This document shows positions 38,749 through 49,100 of a stretch of 64,000 bases of DNA, one piece after another. The notes under the pieces are model-generated. The model did not search any database, was not told where the DNA came from, and saw only the letters and a program-made list of their open reading frames with translations. Numbering within the stretch: position 1 is the first letter of the stretch; each line of letters begins with the position of its first letter. The translations under genes were made by a program, and so were the position numbers. The stretch is from Candidatus Falkowbacteria bacterium (GTDB lineage: Bacteria > Patescibacteriota > Patescibacteriia > UBA11705 > JABHMO01). The stretch is from the NCBI GenBank assembly GCA_018674305.1, contig JABHAL010000001.1:4635-68634 (forward strand), read 5' to 3'.

Positions 38749-39480
38749 TTAATATTCGCTTTCTCTAAACGCCTTGGCTTTTTCAGTCGGGCCGGAATAA
38801 CGTTCCTTGATTTCATCCACGCAAACATAGCTGAGCGTCCACATTTTGGCTGCCTGTTCAACAGTATAATCCGCAAAAGACTTGTCCTCTATCAATTCTC
38901 TCGTGTCTTGCTTGAAAGTGCCAACAGATCTCAAATACACATTGACACCATTGACCGAACTGCCACATTCCTGTGTTACTGATTCCGAAACAAAACCCAA
39001 CCGCAAATAATACTTTTTTCCGTCAGCCTTATCCCTAAACAGACAAAGCACGTCCGATAAATCAGTCAAGGCAGGTTGATACATCCATCCCATAAATTCA
39101 ACTTTCGACCATGGAACAAATGCTGACACCAAGTTCATCTTATCTGGAACTTCAGTCCTAAGAGATTTTACTTCCTCAAGCGAAAATCCCGGCAAACAAC
39201 GACGAGCAACAACAGGATCCAATTCCGAATTGTTCGCACGGTCATACGCGACCTCGAAGGTCTTGGAAGTATCAATGGCTTTCCTGTACGAAGGATTCTT
39301 TTCCTGAAGTAATTCAAGGTCCTGAACGCCTTGCTCAAAAGCAAGGACAATAGGATTCTTTTTTGTTTGTTCAACAACTACGGCTGACGGTGTATCAGCT
39401 TGTTTTTTTTCGACCAAGTCACAACCGTTAATCAAGAAAACTAAAAAGCAAGAAAATAACAAAACAATACATTTTCTCAT
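38749..39480 (-). CDS. hypothetical lipoprotein (start reassigned to MRKCIV behind SD GGAGGGAAAG; lipobox LINGC)
   Basis: strong SD 7 nt before the internal ATG; signal peptide with a cysteine lipobox. Confidence 0.45.
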   Translation of the reverse strand: MRKCIVLLFSCFLVFLINGCDLVEKKQADTPSAVVVEQTKKNPIVLAFEQGVQDLELLQEKNPSYRKAIDTSKTFEVAYDRANNSELDPVVARRCLPGFSLEEVKSLRTEVPDKMNLVSAFVPWSKVEFMGWMYQPALTDLSDVLCLFRDKADGKKYYLRLGFVSESVTQECGSSVNGVNVYLRSVGTFKQDTRELIEDKSFADYTVEQAAKMWTLSYVCVDEIKERYSGPTEKAKAFRESEY

Positions 39481-39714
39481 CTTTCCCTCCATAAGAAAAT
39501 AAATAACTGCTATTAATATTAACGAGAACGCCACGAATACATATTTTCGCCTCTTGCGGCTGCGCGGCGAATACGCCACCTCTTGATAATTCGCGCCATA
39601 AAAGCGACAAATAAACCAAGAAAAAATACTGGCACAAACAACCAAAAATAAGCACCAAACATTTTGACTCCTCACTAGTTGTTAAATTTCATGTTTCGGT
39701 TTATTTTAATACAA

Positions 39715-42285
39715 TTACTTGCTACCGTCAAGTTTAACCTTCAACTCCGCAATCTTTTGAAGTGCTTCAAGCGGTGTCATTTTATTAACATCAATTTTAT
39801 CTAAAGCTTTGGTGACTTTTTCTTCTTGTGGACTAATAGATAACGGCAAACTGCTTTGTTCAGCTTTTTTGCTAACTTTAATCTCAGTCTTTTTTTCCAG
39901 ACCATTCAAAATATCAGTTGCCCTGCTAATCATTTCATCAGGCAAACCTGCCAACTTAGCAACTTCAATACCATAACTTTCAGATGTAGCGCCTTTTACA
40001 ATTTTATGTAAGAAAACTACGTTACCCGCTTCTTCACTAACCGCCACACAATAATTTTCTGCGCGTTCTAATTTTTCAATAATATCTGTCAACTCATGGT
40101 AATGTGTAGCAAAAATTGTTTTAGCGCCAAGTTTATCGTGAATGTGTTCAATAATTGCCCAGGCAATACTAACGCCGTCGTAAGTGGAAGTACCACGTCC
40201 GAGTTCATCCAAGATTATTAATGATTTCTTAGTTGCATTATTTAAAATGTTAGCAGCTTCCTGCATTTCTGCCATAAAAGTGGAAACACCTTGAGTAATA
40301 TTATCTGAAGCGCCAACTCGAGTAAAAATTCGATCAACAATACCTAACTGAGCTGAATCAACTGGTACAAAGCTACCAATTTGTGCTAATAAACAAATCA
40401 GAGCCGACTGACGCAAATAACTGGACTTACCACTCATATTCGGACCGGTCAAAAGAAGAAACTCATTTTTTTTGTGGTCCATCTGCAAATCGTTAGGAAC
40501 ATAACGCTCAGTTTGAATTGCCTCAATTACTGAATGCCGACCAGCCTTAATATTAATTTCACCATTGCTGGTTATTTCAGGCTGATTATAATTATTTGAA
40601 TTAGCCAGTAAAGCAAAACCGGTTAACACATCCAACTTAGCAATAATCGAAGCTACACCTAACACATCAGAAAAATATTTAATAATCTTTTCAACAGTTT
40701 CCTGAAAAATCTGCAACTCCATGGTTTTGATTTTATCTTCAGCAGTTAAAATCTTTTCTTCGTATTCTTTTAGTTCAGGTGTAATGAATCGTTCAGCATT
40801 AACTAGAGTTTGCTTACGAGTATAATCTTCTGGAACTTGATTCAAATTGGAATTACTAACTTCAATATAATATCCAAACACTCGATTGAATTTTACTTTT
40901 AAAGATGAAATCTTAGTGCGTTCAACCTGCTTGGCCTGAAACTCTAATAACCAATCTTTACCACCACGTGAAATTTTTCTCAACTCATCCAAATCAGGAC
41001 TATAACCATCTTTGATCATCCCACCTTCAGTAATAAGAGCAGGTGGTTCCTCAATAATTATTTTATCAATAAATTCAACTACTTCTTTTAGCGGATCCAA
41101 GTTTTTATGATATTTTTGTAACAATTCTGCTTTTTTATCTTGCAATAATAGTTTTAATTCAGGAACGATCTGTAAACTTTTTTTCAAAGAAACTAAATCA
41201 CGAGCACTGCCTCGCCCACAACCCAACCGACCAATTAATCTTTCTAAATCCGCGATTTGTTTTAATTTTTCTTGAATACTTTTTATTACAGTTGTCTGTT
41301 CTTTGATTTCGGCCACAGCCTGCAGTCGACGGTTTATTTTATCTTCGTCCAAAAGTGGCAATATCAGCCAGCGCCGTAAACGTCGCCCACCCATACTGGT
41401 TACAGTTTTATCAATAACTGAAAGTAAGCTTCCCTCATATCCAGCGGTGTTGGCAGTTTGAAATAATTCCAAGTTCCGGACGGTCGCTTCGTCCAAAACC
41501 ATATAATTTTGAAAACTAAATCTTTGTATACGGGTAATATGACTTAAATCACTTTTTTGAGTATCTTTTAAATAACCCAGCAACAATCCTGCCGCTTCAA
41601 TACCAATTGGTAATTCTTCAACACCGAAACTTTGTAAATTTTTTACTTTAAACTGTTTAATCAAAAGTGCATATGCCTTTTGAAAAACTGACAATTGAAA
41701 AACATTAACATTGGACAAAGAACTTATAAATTCTTTATACCGAGTATCATTGAATAACTCTTGGTTAATTATTATTTCCGAAAAATCAAACCGGTAAATT
41801 TCATTCTTCAATAAACTTAAATCCAATACTTCTGCCACTCGAAATTCACCTGTAGTCAAATCTGCAATCGCCAAACCCCAAGTATTTTTCTGAAAAGTCA
41901 AAGCGGCAATAAAATTATTACTTTTATTATTTAAAGTTGAGTTAACTAAAGTCGTACCAGGTGTAACGACCTGCACAACTTCCCTCTTTACAATACCCGG
42001 TAAGCTTGCGTCACCAACTTGATCACAAATAGCCACTCGCTGACCAGCTCTTAATAATTTAGCTAAATAATTTTCTAAAGCATGATGAGGAATTCCACAC
42101 ATGGGCATTTCATTTGAAGAACCCTTGTGCCTAGCAGTCAAAACAATATCCAAAATAGCTGAAGCTTTTTTTGCATCCTCTCCAAACAATTCATAAAAAT
42201 CACCTAACCTAAAAAACAACAACTCATTCGGATGCTTTTCTTTTATTTCATTGTATTGCCTTAACATTGGAGTTAATTCGGCCAT
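39715..42285 (-). CDS. mutS: DNA mismatch repair protein MutS
   Basis: GPNMSGKSSYLRQ Walker A, DELGRGTSTYDG, N-terminal mismatch-binding domain. Confidence 0.95.
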   Translation of the reverse strand: MAELTPMLRQYNEIKEKHPNELLFFRLGDFYELFGEDAKKASAILDIVLTARHKGSSNEMPMCGIPHHALENYLAKLLRAGQRVAICDQVGDASLPGIVKREVVQVVTPGTTLVNSTLNNKSNNFIAALTFQKNTWGLAIADLTTGEFRVAEVLDLSLLKNEIYRFDFSEIIINQELFNDTRYKEFISSLSNVNVFQLSVFQKAYALLIKQFKVKNLQSFGVEELPIGIEAAGLLLGYLKDTQKSDLSHITRIQRFSFQNYMVLDEATVRNLELFQTANTAGYEGSLLSVIDKTVTSMGGRRLRRWLILPLLDEDKINRRLQAVAEIKEQTTVIKSIQEKLKQIADLERLIGRLGCGRGSARDLVSLKKSLQIVPELKLLLQDKKAELLQKYHKNLDPLKEVVEFIDKIIIEEPPALITEGGMIKDGYSPDLDELRKISRGGKDWLLEFQAKQVERTKISSLKVKFNRVFGYYIEVSNSNLNQVPEDYTRKQTLVNAERFITPELKEYEEKILTAEDKIKTMELQIFQETVEKIIKYFSDVLGVASIIAKLDVLTGFALLANSNNYNQPEITSNGEINIKAGRHSVIEAIQTERYVPNDLQMDHKKNEFLLLTGPNMSGKSSYLRQSALICLLAQIGSFVPVDSAQLGIVDRIFTRVGASDNITQGVSTFMAEMQEAANILNNATKKSLIILDELGRGTSTYDGVSIAWAIIEHIHDKLGAKTIFATHYHELTDIIEKLERAENYCVAVSEEAGNVVFLHKIVKGATSESYGIEVAKLAGLPDEMISRATDILNGLEKKTEIKVSKKAEQSSLPLSISPQEEKVTKALDKIDVNKMTPLEALQKIAELKVKLDGSK

Positions 42286-42448
42286 GAGCGACTAGAAGGA
42301 AGAAGAAGGGATAAGAAGATAACAAAAATGCTAACATTATCTTTTTTCGCCTTATTTCGACCAATTCATCATTTTGTAATATTTTAACAAAGAATCACTA
42401 TTATCGCAAATAAAAATACACTGATAAAAGCAGTGTATTTTAAAGTAT

Positions 42449-42844
42449 TTAAGCTTGTTCTTTTTTTCCTTGGTCTTCCGTAGCTTCAAGCGAAGGAAGG
42501 TCTTCCTCAACAGGAGTTTCTTCAAGTGGGATAGCTTCAATCTGCTCTTCCTTTAACTCTTCAGCCCATTCTTCTTGTTTATCTTCATCCTTAGAAACCG
42601 CAGGTTCTTCAACTTTCTCTGCAGGGGCACTCTCTGCTACTGCTGATGTTGGAATAGTTGGTGCAGTTGGTCTAGCAGTCTCTTTACCACTATCAAGATC
42701 CTTGACTGATTCTTCCCCAATCTTATCTTCACATTTATTACAATAATCTGGATTTTTTGCAGATTTTTTTACTCCAGCAAGACCTGAAATCTTTGCCCAA
42801 AATCCTTCAATTGGAGCACTACAGGCTTTACATTTTTTAGACAT
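42449..42844 (-). CDS. zinc-ribbon protein with acidic disordered tail
   Basis: CKAC...CNKC N-terminal ribbon, Glu/Pro-rich C-terminus. Confidence 0.4.
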   Translation of the reverse strand: MSKKCKACSAPIEGFWAKISGLAGVKKSAKNPDYCNKCEDKIGEESVKDLDSGKETARPTAPTIPTSAVAESAPAEKVEEPAVSKDEDKQEEWAEELKEEQIEAIPLEETPVEEDLPSLEATEDQGKKEQA

Positions 42845-42958
42845 AAACTCTTTTTTATTAGTAATTTAACTACAAATTGAATGTAGCATGAAATAAATGA
42901 TTATTCAAGTAAAAACCACCCTTTTTCAAGAGCGGTTTTTACTATTAAACTTTATAAA

Positions 42959-45900
42959 TTATTTGATCTGCACACTATCAGCCTTGGAATAATTAATTAT
43001 TGATGGACTATTACTAGATTGAATAGTTACCGGCTCAGCTCGGTATTCACCAAGAGCAGCTACTCGAGCATAGTACTTAAAGTAGTTTAGACCTTTACAC
43101 GGTTGCCAATTCTTATTCATACCAAACTTTATCTTCTGATCATTAATTTCGTAAGGATAACGTAGACCACACCAACTCCTAATACCAATTGAGTAAGGTC
43201 TAGTTACGCCTTTCAAACCACTTGGTAAAATATCGGTTATTTGATAATAACCATCGACCGAATCAACAGAAATCTGAGGATATAAACGAACCTCAATTAT
43301 ATCTCCAGCTGAAAAATGATTAACCTGCTGACCATCCACATAATATTGACGGTCAACTGACACATACTGACTAAATGCCTGATCAGTTACTTTTTCTTGA
43401 TAAATACTGGTTACGCCAATATCACCTTGTACGTCCTCAATTTTTAGCCTAGCCAACTGTTCAGGTAATAAGTCTAGCTTGAAGTTTTGACCATTTTCTA
43501 ATTCTTTTTTGTATTTTTTCCCATCAACGTTAACAGTGAAACTAACTGGCCCAACATTCAAGGTTGGCAGACGCTTTGTCAAATAATTAACTTCTTCTAA
43601 ATTGATCAAGACATCTTTAGTCCGGTGATCTGCCAGATAAGACCAAAGCCCTTTATGATATGGGTCATTCAGACCAGCTGCCAACACAGCAGCTAAACTT
43701 GTTGCCTGCAAAACATCATCTTGATCTTTGCCAGTTTTAATTCGGACATAAGAATCTAATTCTTCAGCATTTTCTTTCATTACCTCTAGATAAAGTTTAC
43801 GACCAAGTTCACGATCACCGATCTCAAATGCTGCCAATGCAATATATAATTTTTCTTTAACAGTAACATCTTCAAGTGTCGCAATATTTTGAATTGGCAA
43901 AAGCACAGGCTCTCCCAATCCAGCTAATCCGTAAAGGGAAATAATTACTTCCTCCTGACTAGACTCTTCTGAATTTAGTTTTGTGTAAAAATACTTTGAC
44001 AAAGAAACTTTATCAAATTCAGCCCCTGCAATTGAAGCAACTTTGGCACTCAATTCAAAGTCACTTGAACTATAAGGCAATAAAGTCAAACCACCTTTAC
44101 TCTCCTGATAAGTAGCTGAATTAAAGTTATCTACTTTGTATTCCTTACTGAAATACTGCTTAAATAACTTTTGAGCGGCAACTTTGGAAACTCTCTGGTC
44201 CAACCGATCTCCGTACTGCCAACTTAATCGAAGTAGTCGATGATAAAGCTGTCCAATACTCTCGTCCATAAAAACTAGAGTTGTTCTGTCCGTTGCCGAA
44301 CCAGAAATTTCCACGCCTGACTCATACTTATAATAATCCTGCACTTCTTTGGTCAACAAACTTTCAGCCACAGCAAATTTATTTATCAAGGTATCTTCAA
44401 GTTCACCCTTTTTGGCAGTTGAACTAATTTCATACTGTCCAACGCCAACTTCCCCTAGCGCTACGCTTAAAGCATCAAAAGCTTCCGTTTGTTTAACTAT
44501 TTTATTCAAGTCTAATGCTTCAGAACTAATTTCATAATCAATCACATCACCTGAAGTTAAAGTTTCACCATATGTTCGTAACTGCATAACAGGAGAATCC
44601 CCTTCCAAAAACTTATCTGGTAAAGTTGAGTTTATAAACAAAGGAAGACTAACCGGCAAGGCTGTTACCTCTCTACCAGCGTAAATATCCTTATTAATTG
44701 CCTGCGTAGTAATTCGCCATGAGGTTATATTATCAGGTAATTCAAATCTAACAGTTGCGCGACCAAATAAATCAGTCTTGGCCATTTTGAATAAAGCAGT
44801 ATCCTGAAAGTCTTCTCGCGCTCCACCTTTGTCATTGTGAACAAAGAAACCTTCTGCGAAATATGTGTGATATTTTTCAATATGTAAATTATAAACATCA
44901 ACCATTTGACCGAATCTCTCAATGCTCTCAATTTTAACTCTTTGACCAAATTCATCTAATAAATAATCACCTACTTTAGACTGACCAATCATCTGCCAAC
45001 CATTATTAACAAATACTCTATGCTCAGGAGTAACCCGCAACTTCCCATTAATTAGGTAATAGCCATAAACTGTATGCTCAAAAGTGTTTAACACTTTAGC
45101 TCTAACTAATTTCTTCGATAGCGGATCACTAAAAGTTAAGATCTCATCACCAATCTGAATTTCTTCAATATTCTTGTATGAGCCGTCAGCCATCTTGATC
45201 TGGGTACCAGCCACAAAACAACCGCCCATACCACTCGCATCAGGCGCCAAAGACAATGCTTCATGGGAAGCATAAGTCGTTTTTAGTCCAGCACTTTCCA
45301 ACTGATATACACTGGCCAAAATATCTGCCCAATCTTCGCTCAGCTGAAAAAAGGCTTCATCAACCAAACTTAAATTCAAAGTTGCTGCAACCGGATTTCC
45401 TTTTTGATTAGTAACTTTAACTTCTAATTCCACATCCTCACCTGGTGCATACTCCTCCTTATTTGAAGTAACTTCAACATTTAATTCTTTTTCTGAATAA
45501 TCATATCTGATTGATGTTCCACTGCTAGAACTATACCAATTGTTACTTCCGCTCTGATGATATTTCTCACCATCAAACCAAACTCCACTAACATAAATAT
45601 TTGGAATATAGCTATCCTTGAAGTTAAATTCGTAAACTGGTTCAGTTGACAATGAATAGTCAACTAGACCACGTCGCATCTTGTAGTACAAATAATCTTT
45701 CTTTTCCTGAGAAGATAAAATATCATTATTTTTTGTGAATTCCAAAATCACACTCTCGTCTACCTTAAACTTAACTTTATCACCCTTAATTGCCAACTTA
45801 TAATATTCGTAATTATTGGAACTATATGGATTGCCATAATATGAAGAGCCATACATTTGAGTGGATAAATAATTATTCCCTTGCTCATCAATGGCAATCA

Positions 45901-48505
45901 AGCGAATTTGGTAATAACTCTTTTCTTCAGTTTCAAATTCATAAGTAAACTCACCTGCGGCATCAGTTAAACCTGACATCTCATGAATAACTTTTTCTTC
46001 TTTTTCGTACTTGTATTTTTTATTAACGACCTTATTAATATAATCATACTCTTCACCAATTTCATTCTTGTGCCAAATTATTTGGATAATTTTACCTTTA
46101 ATAGCTGTATTTGGCGCCACTTCTTCCTCATCAACAACACTCCAAAGACTCCCTTTGGCCCTTTTCTCTAAATCGTATTTTTTCACTGTGGCCTTTATTT
46201 TTGCTGTTAATGAATTCTTTTCTTTTGGCGCAACTTCCATCTTGGTATAAACACGAGAGTTATAAGTATAGACATAAGCTGTTTGATTAATCTGTGCCAC
46301 TTCCGGTTGCGTTGAATTCAAATTTAAGTATACTGTTTGCATGTTGGAACAATATGTTTTTTCTAAAGTACACTTAGTCGCGACTGATGGCACCTCGATA
46401 CGCGCCTCACCAGCTAAGTCAACCTCGACTTCTCCTTTCACAGACTTATTACTGGAACTATAATCTAAAACTAAATCTGACACGGGAGTACCTTCAAAAA
46501 ATTCCGCATTAACATCAAAAACTGCAGTTTCTCCGGACCAAATCACTTTATTCTCTGGCTCAACCTTGATTTGATATGCTGGTTTATCGTAAGTCTGAAT
46601 ATTAATGTACTTAGTAGACAAAATCTCATCACCAAGTCTAACGTCCACATAATAATAACCCGGGACTAACTTTTCAAGCTTCAACTCACCAGAATAAACA
46701 AAATCAGGAGACACTTCAAGTTCTTGTTCTGCCAAACTTATTTCTTCATTATAATAATTATAATAACGAGCATAACTATTTTGCCGCAAAGCAACTGTAA
46801 CTTTTTCATCAATCCCCTTTGAATCCTTGGGTTTTACAAATCCCCAAAATTTAATAGTATCGTCAGGTTGAAATAAATTTCGATCAGTGTAAAAATATTT
46901 CCAATACTCTTTTTGCTCTTGTTTAGAAAAACTAACAGGAACAATAGTTACATCACCATCTTTTCGAACCCTCAAGTAGTCAGTCTCATATCGATCTTCC
47001 TCGCTAAAAACAAAAGCTGTGTCGGTATTAAATTTAGTAATTCCTTGACCGTCAGTACTTTTAGTAATTCCACTGGAAATTATTTTAACCTCAGCATTTT
47101 GAACTGACCCTTTATCCACAATACTATTAACCCAAACTAGGCTTTCACTGGTAGACACCATAGAAAATACTGCTAATTCACTAACTGAGAAAAAAGTCTG
47201 TCTTTTCACGTCCTGAACAGTTGATTCAATGACATAAAACCCCGGTTCATATACTTCTGGAAAAACTATAAACTTATTGTAATTAACTTCTCGAACTTCC
47301 AATTCATAGTCAGTTATATGACTAAGGGTATTAGTGTCAACCAAAGAAGACTCGCGATTATAGCTTGCCCAAGCAGGATAATCATATCTACTTTTCAGCG
47401 CCTCTAAATAAGCTGTATCATTGGCCAAGGAATAAACATTTAACTTAATTTTACTATCAAGTAAATTTCGTTCGTAAACTTTGAAGGCTGGCTCTCTAGT
47501 TGGAGAAAATTCTAGATAATCACCGATAATCATGAAGTAAGGTTTATTATTTGAACCTCGCTTATAATTTACCAATGGACTGGTCTCAAATTGCAGGGTG
47601 TAATCTTTTACCATTTTTTCATCTGACTCCGACAAAGGTAACTCCTTGTCTACAATTATTCTGTAAATAGTACCAGGCATTAAATTCTTGGGTACAAAAA
47701 CCCAAGTTCTTTTATGCTTTTCGAAACTTCCATCAACCTTTGGTTCAATTGTAAAATGTTTAGCAAACTCTTCCACATTGTCATGACTGAAAGTAAATTC
47801 AATTCCTGTATCAAGTGGTACCCCAGAACTTTTATCACGAGGCAAAGAGCCGATAATTTTGAATTGGTCTTTAGTTTGAAACGCCCAAGAATAATCTTGT
47901 TCAAATGTTAAACCGCTTTCTGCCATAATAGAGGCCGAAATTACAACACTATAAACAACTCGTGGTTGCAATGGTTCACTTGGAATAATCTTAAACTCAT
48001 GATCATTTACTTTTTTAAAACTAAACTCTAATTCAGGTTTGATCTGAATATTCTCTTCCAATAATTCTGAATCTACGACTTCTTTACTTTTAATAACAAA
48101 AGCAGTGTCCGACTCAACGCCAATACTATCACTAACTGTCGCCTCAACTGTAAAATTATCCTGCGCGTATGCTGGACTAATTATAAGTCGAGAAAATTCA
48201 CTGAAAGGTGAATCTTGGCCAGGCCAGTAATGACTAGCTGTTACAAGTAAAGCAAAAATCACCAGAACAGCTAGAACTGGAGATAAGCGCCTGACAGTAA
48301 AAAGTGAAGAAAATCCTTTTACAAAATTTAGCATATGTTTTTTTTGCTGCCGTTTTTCTAGGATCTTCGATTTTAATGCATAACGAAAATCATCAGAAGC
48401 AGGCTCATTTTTAAATTGTGCTTTTTTTAGCATACTCTCTGCTTCCTGTAACGGATGATTTTCACTTTTATTACGTTTTTTATTGTTATTGTTGTAATTT
48501 TGCAT
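42959..48505 (-). CDS. giant (1848 aa) surface protein: anti-sigma-like cytoplasmic N-terminus, TM, MG/Ig-like repeats, embedded Hint domain, alpha-2-macroglobulin-like TED region (no CGEQ)
   Basis: start 3 nt after the ECF sigma stop; TM LSPVLAVLVIFALLVTA at ~aa 75-95; LSLVDEAFFQL and ITSWRITTQAIN resemble A2M-family motifs; C...HN Hint domain. Confidence 0.6.
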   Translation of the reverse strand: MQNYNNNNKKRNKSENHPLQEAESMLKKAQFKNEPASDDFRYALKSKILEKRQQKKHMLNFVKGFSSLFTVRRLSPVLAVLVIFALLVTASHYWPGQDSPFSEFSRLIISPAYAQDNFTVEATVSDSIGVESDTAFVIKSKEVVDSELLEENIQIKPELEFSFKKVNDHEFKIIPSEPLQPRVVYSVVISASIMAESGLTFEQDYSWAFQTKDQFKIIGSLPRDKSSGVPLDTGIEFTFSHDNVEEFAKHFTIEPKVDGSFEKHKRTWVFVPKNLMPGTIYRIIVDKELPLSESDEKMVKDYTLQFETSPLVNYKRGSNNKPYFMIIGDYLEFSPTREPAFKVYERNLLDSKIKLNVYSLANDTAYLEALKSRYDYPAWASYNRESSLVDTNTLSHITDYELEVREVNYNKFIVFPEVYEPGFYVIESTVQDVKRQTFFSVSELAVFSMVSTSESLVWVNSIVDKGSVQNAEVKIISSGITKSTDGQGITKFNTDTAFVFSEEDRYETDYLRVRKDGDVTIVPVSFSKQEQKEYWKYFYTDRNLFQPDDTIKFWGFVKPKDSKGIDEKVTVALRQNSYARYYNYYNEEISLAEQELEVSPDFVYSGELKLEKLVPGYYYVDVRLGDEILSTKYINIQTYDKPAYQIKVEPENKVIWSGETAVFDVNAEFFEGTPVSDLVLDYSSSNKSVKGEVEVDLAGEARIEVPSVATKCTLEKTYCSNMQTVYLNLNSTQPEVAQINQTAYVYTYNSRVYTKMEVAPKEKNSLTAKIKATVKKYDLEKRAKGSLWSVVDEEEVAPNTAIKGKIIQIIWHKNEIGEEYDYINKVVNKKYKYEKEEKVIHEMSGLTDAAGEFTYEFETEEKSYYQIRLIAIDEQGNNYLSTQMYGSSYYGNPYSSNNYEYYKLAIKGDKVKFKVDESVILEFTKNNDILSSQEKKDYLYYKMRRGLVDYSLSTEPVYEFNFKDSYIPNIYVSGVWFDGEKYHQSGSNNWYSSSSGTSIRYDYSEKELNVEVTSNKEEYAPGEDVELEVKVTNQKGNPVAATLNLSLVDEAFFQLSEDWADILASVYQLESAGLKTTYASHEALSLAPDASGMGGCFVAGTQIKMADGSYKNIEEIQIGDEILTFSDPLSKKLVRAKVLNTFEHTVYGYYLINGKLRVTPEHRVFVNNGWQMIGQSKVGDYLLDEFGQRVKIESIERFGQMVDVYNLHIEKYHTYFAEGFFVHNDKGGAREDFQDTALFKMAKTDLFGRATVRFELPDNITSWRITTQAINKDIYAGREVTALPVSLPLFINSTLPDKFLEGDSPVMQLRTYGETLTSGDVIDYEISSEALDLNKIVKQTEAFDALSVALGEVGVGQYEISSTAKKGELEDTLINKFAVAESLLTKEVQDYYKYESGVEISGSATDRTTLVFMDESIGQLYHRLLRLSWQYGDRLDQRVSKVAAQKLFKQYFSKEYKVDNFNSATYQESKGGLTLLPYSSSDFELSAKVASIAGAEFDKVSLSKYFYTKLNSEESSQEEVIISLYGLAGLGEPVLLPIQNIATLEDVTVKEKLYIALAAFEIGDRELGRKLYLEVMKENAEELDSYVRIKTGKDQDDVLQATSLAAVLAAGLNDPYHKGLWSYLADHRTKDVLINLEEVNYLTKRLPTLNVGPVSFTVNVDGKKYKKELENGQNFKLDLLPEQLARLKIEDVQGDIGVTSIYQEKVTDQAFSQYVSVDRQYYVDGQQVNHFSAGDIIEVRLYPQISVDSVDGYYQITDILPSGLKGVTRPYSIGIRSWCGLRYPYEINDQKIKFGMNKNWQPCKGLNYFKYYARVAALGEYRAEPVTIQSSNSPSIINYSKADSVQIK
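44834..45220 (-). other. Hint / bacterial intein-like (BIL) domain, 129 aa, embedded in the giant protein
   Basis: GMGG|CFVAGTQIKMADG...HIEKYHTYFAEGFFVHN|DKGG: N-terminal Cys, block-A-like start, C-terminal His-Asn; the +1 residue is Asp, so a BIL-type cleavage module rather than a splicing intein; coordinates +/-1 nt. Confidence 0.6.
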
Positions 48506-48508
48506 AAA

Positions 48509-49042
48509 TTATTTATGTAAACTTTTGAATTTATTTAAGGCTCGATAAAGTAAAACTCCCACATTATTTGCTGAAATATGCATCGTTTCGGCAATCTCCT
48601 GATTGGACAATTCAGCGAAATACTTCAAATTTACCACCTGTTGATAACGGCCGGACATTTTCTGAATAATCTGCATAACCTTTTTCTTATCTTCTAAACT
48701 CATTAAATATTCTTCTGTAGTTTGTTTAATTTCCGCTGGTTCAGTTATGTCTTCAATATCCACCTTTGTATTTTTTAATTCTTTGCGATAATAATCAATT
48801 AAATTATTAGTGGCAATTTTATAAACCCAGGACTTAAATGATCCTTTACGTGGATTAAAATTCTTTAAACCACAAAAAACCTTGGTAAAGGTTTCTGAAA
48901 CAATATCCTCAGCAATTTCACGTTTACCACAACGCTTAAATACATAGCCGTAAATTTTATCAAAATAAAAATCATACAAGACACCAAAAGCCTGGTGATC
49001 ATGTACTGCATCTTTGACCAGTTGTTTTTCATTTTCCAACAT
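48509..49042 (-). CDS. ECF-type RNA polymerase sigma factor (sigma-70 regions 2 and 4)
   Basis: YDFYFDKIYGYVFKRCGKREIAEDIVSETFTKVF (region 2) and LSNQEIAETMHISANNVGVLLYRAL (region 4 HTH). Confidence 0.8.
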   Translation of the reverse strand: MLENEKQLVKDAVHDHQAFGVLYDFYFDKIYGYVFKRCGKREIAEDIVSETFTKVFCGLKNFNPRKGSFKSWVYKIATNNLIDYYRKELKNTKVDIEDITEPAEIKQTTEEYLMSLEDKKKVMQIIQKMSGRYQQVVNLKYFAELSNQEIAETMHISANNVGVLLYRALNKFKSLHK

Positions 49043-49100
49043 TAATCTAATTATAGCACAAAAAAAGACGCTCTTGAATCAAGAACGTCTTGTGTTTAAC

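Noticed and set aside
39168-39658. 69-aa and 76-aa ORFs inside 38749..39675
   Set aside because: Both are out-of-frame overlaps with the lipoprotein gene and have no independent signals.
38749-39675. Full 308-aa reading frame as annotated start
   Set aside because: The upstream 65 codons have no SD. The internal ATG at 39480 has a strong GGAGGGAAAG SD and begins a classic lipoprotein signal, so the shorter start is preferred.
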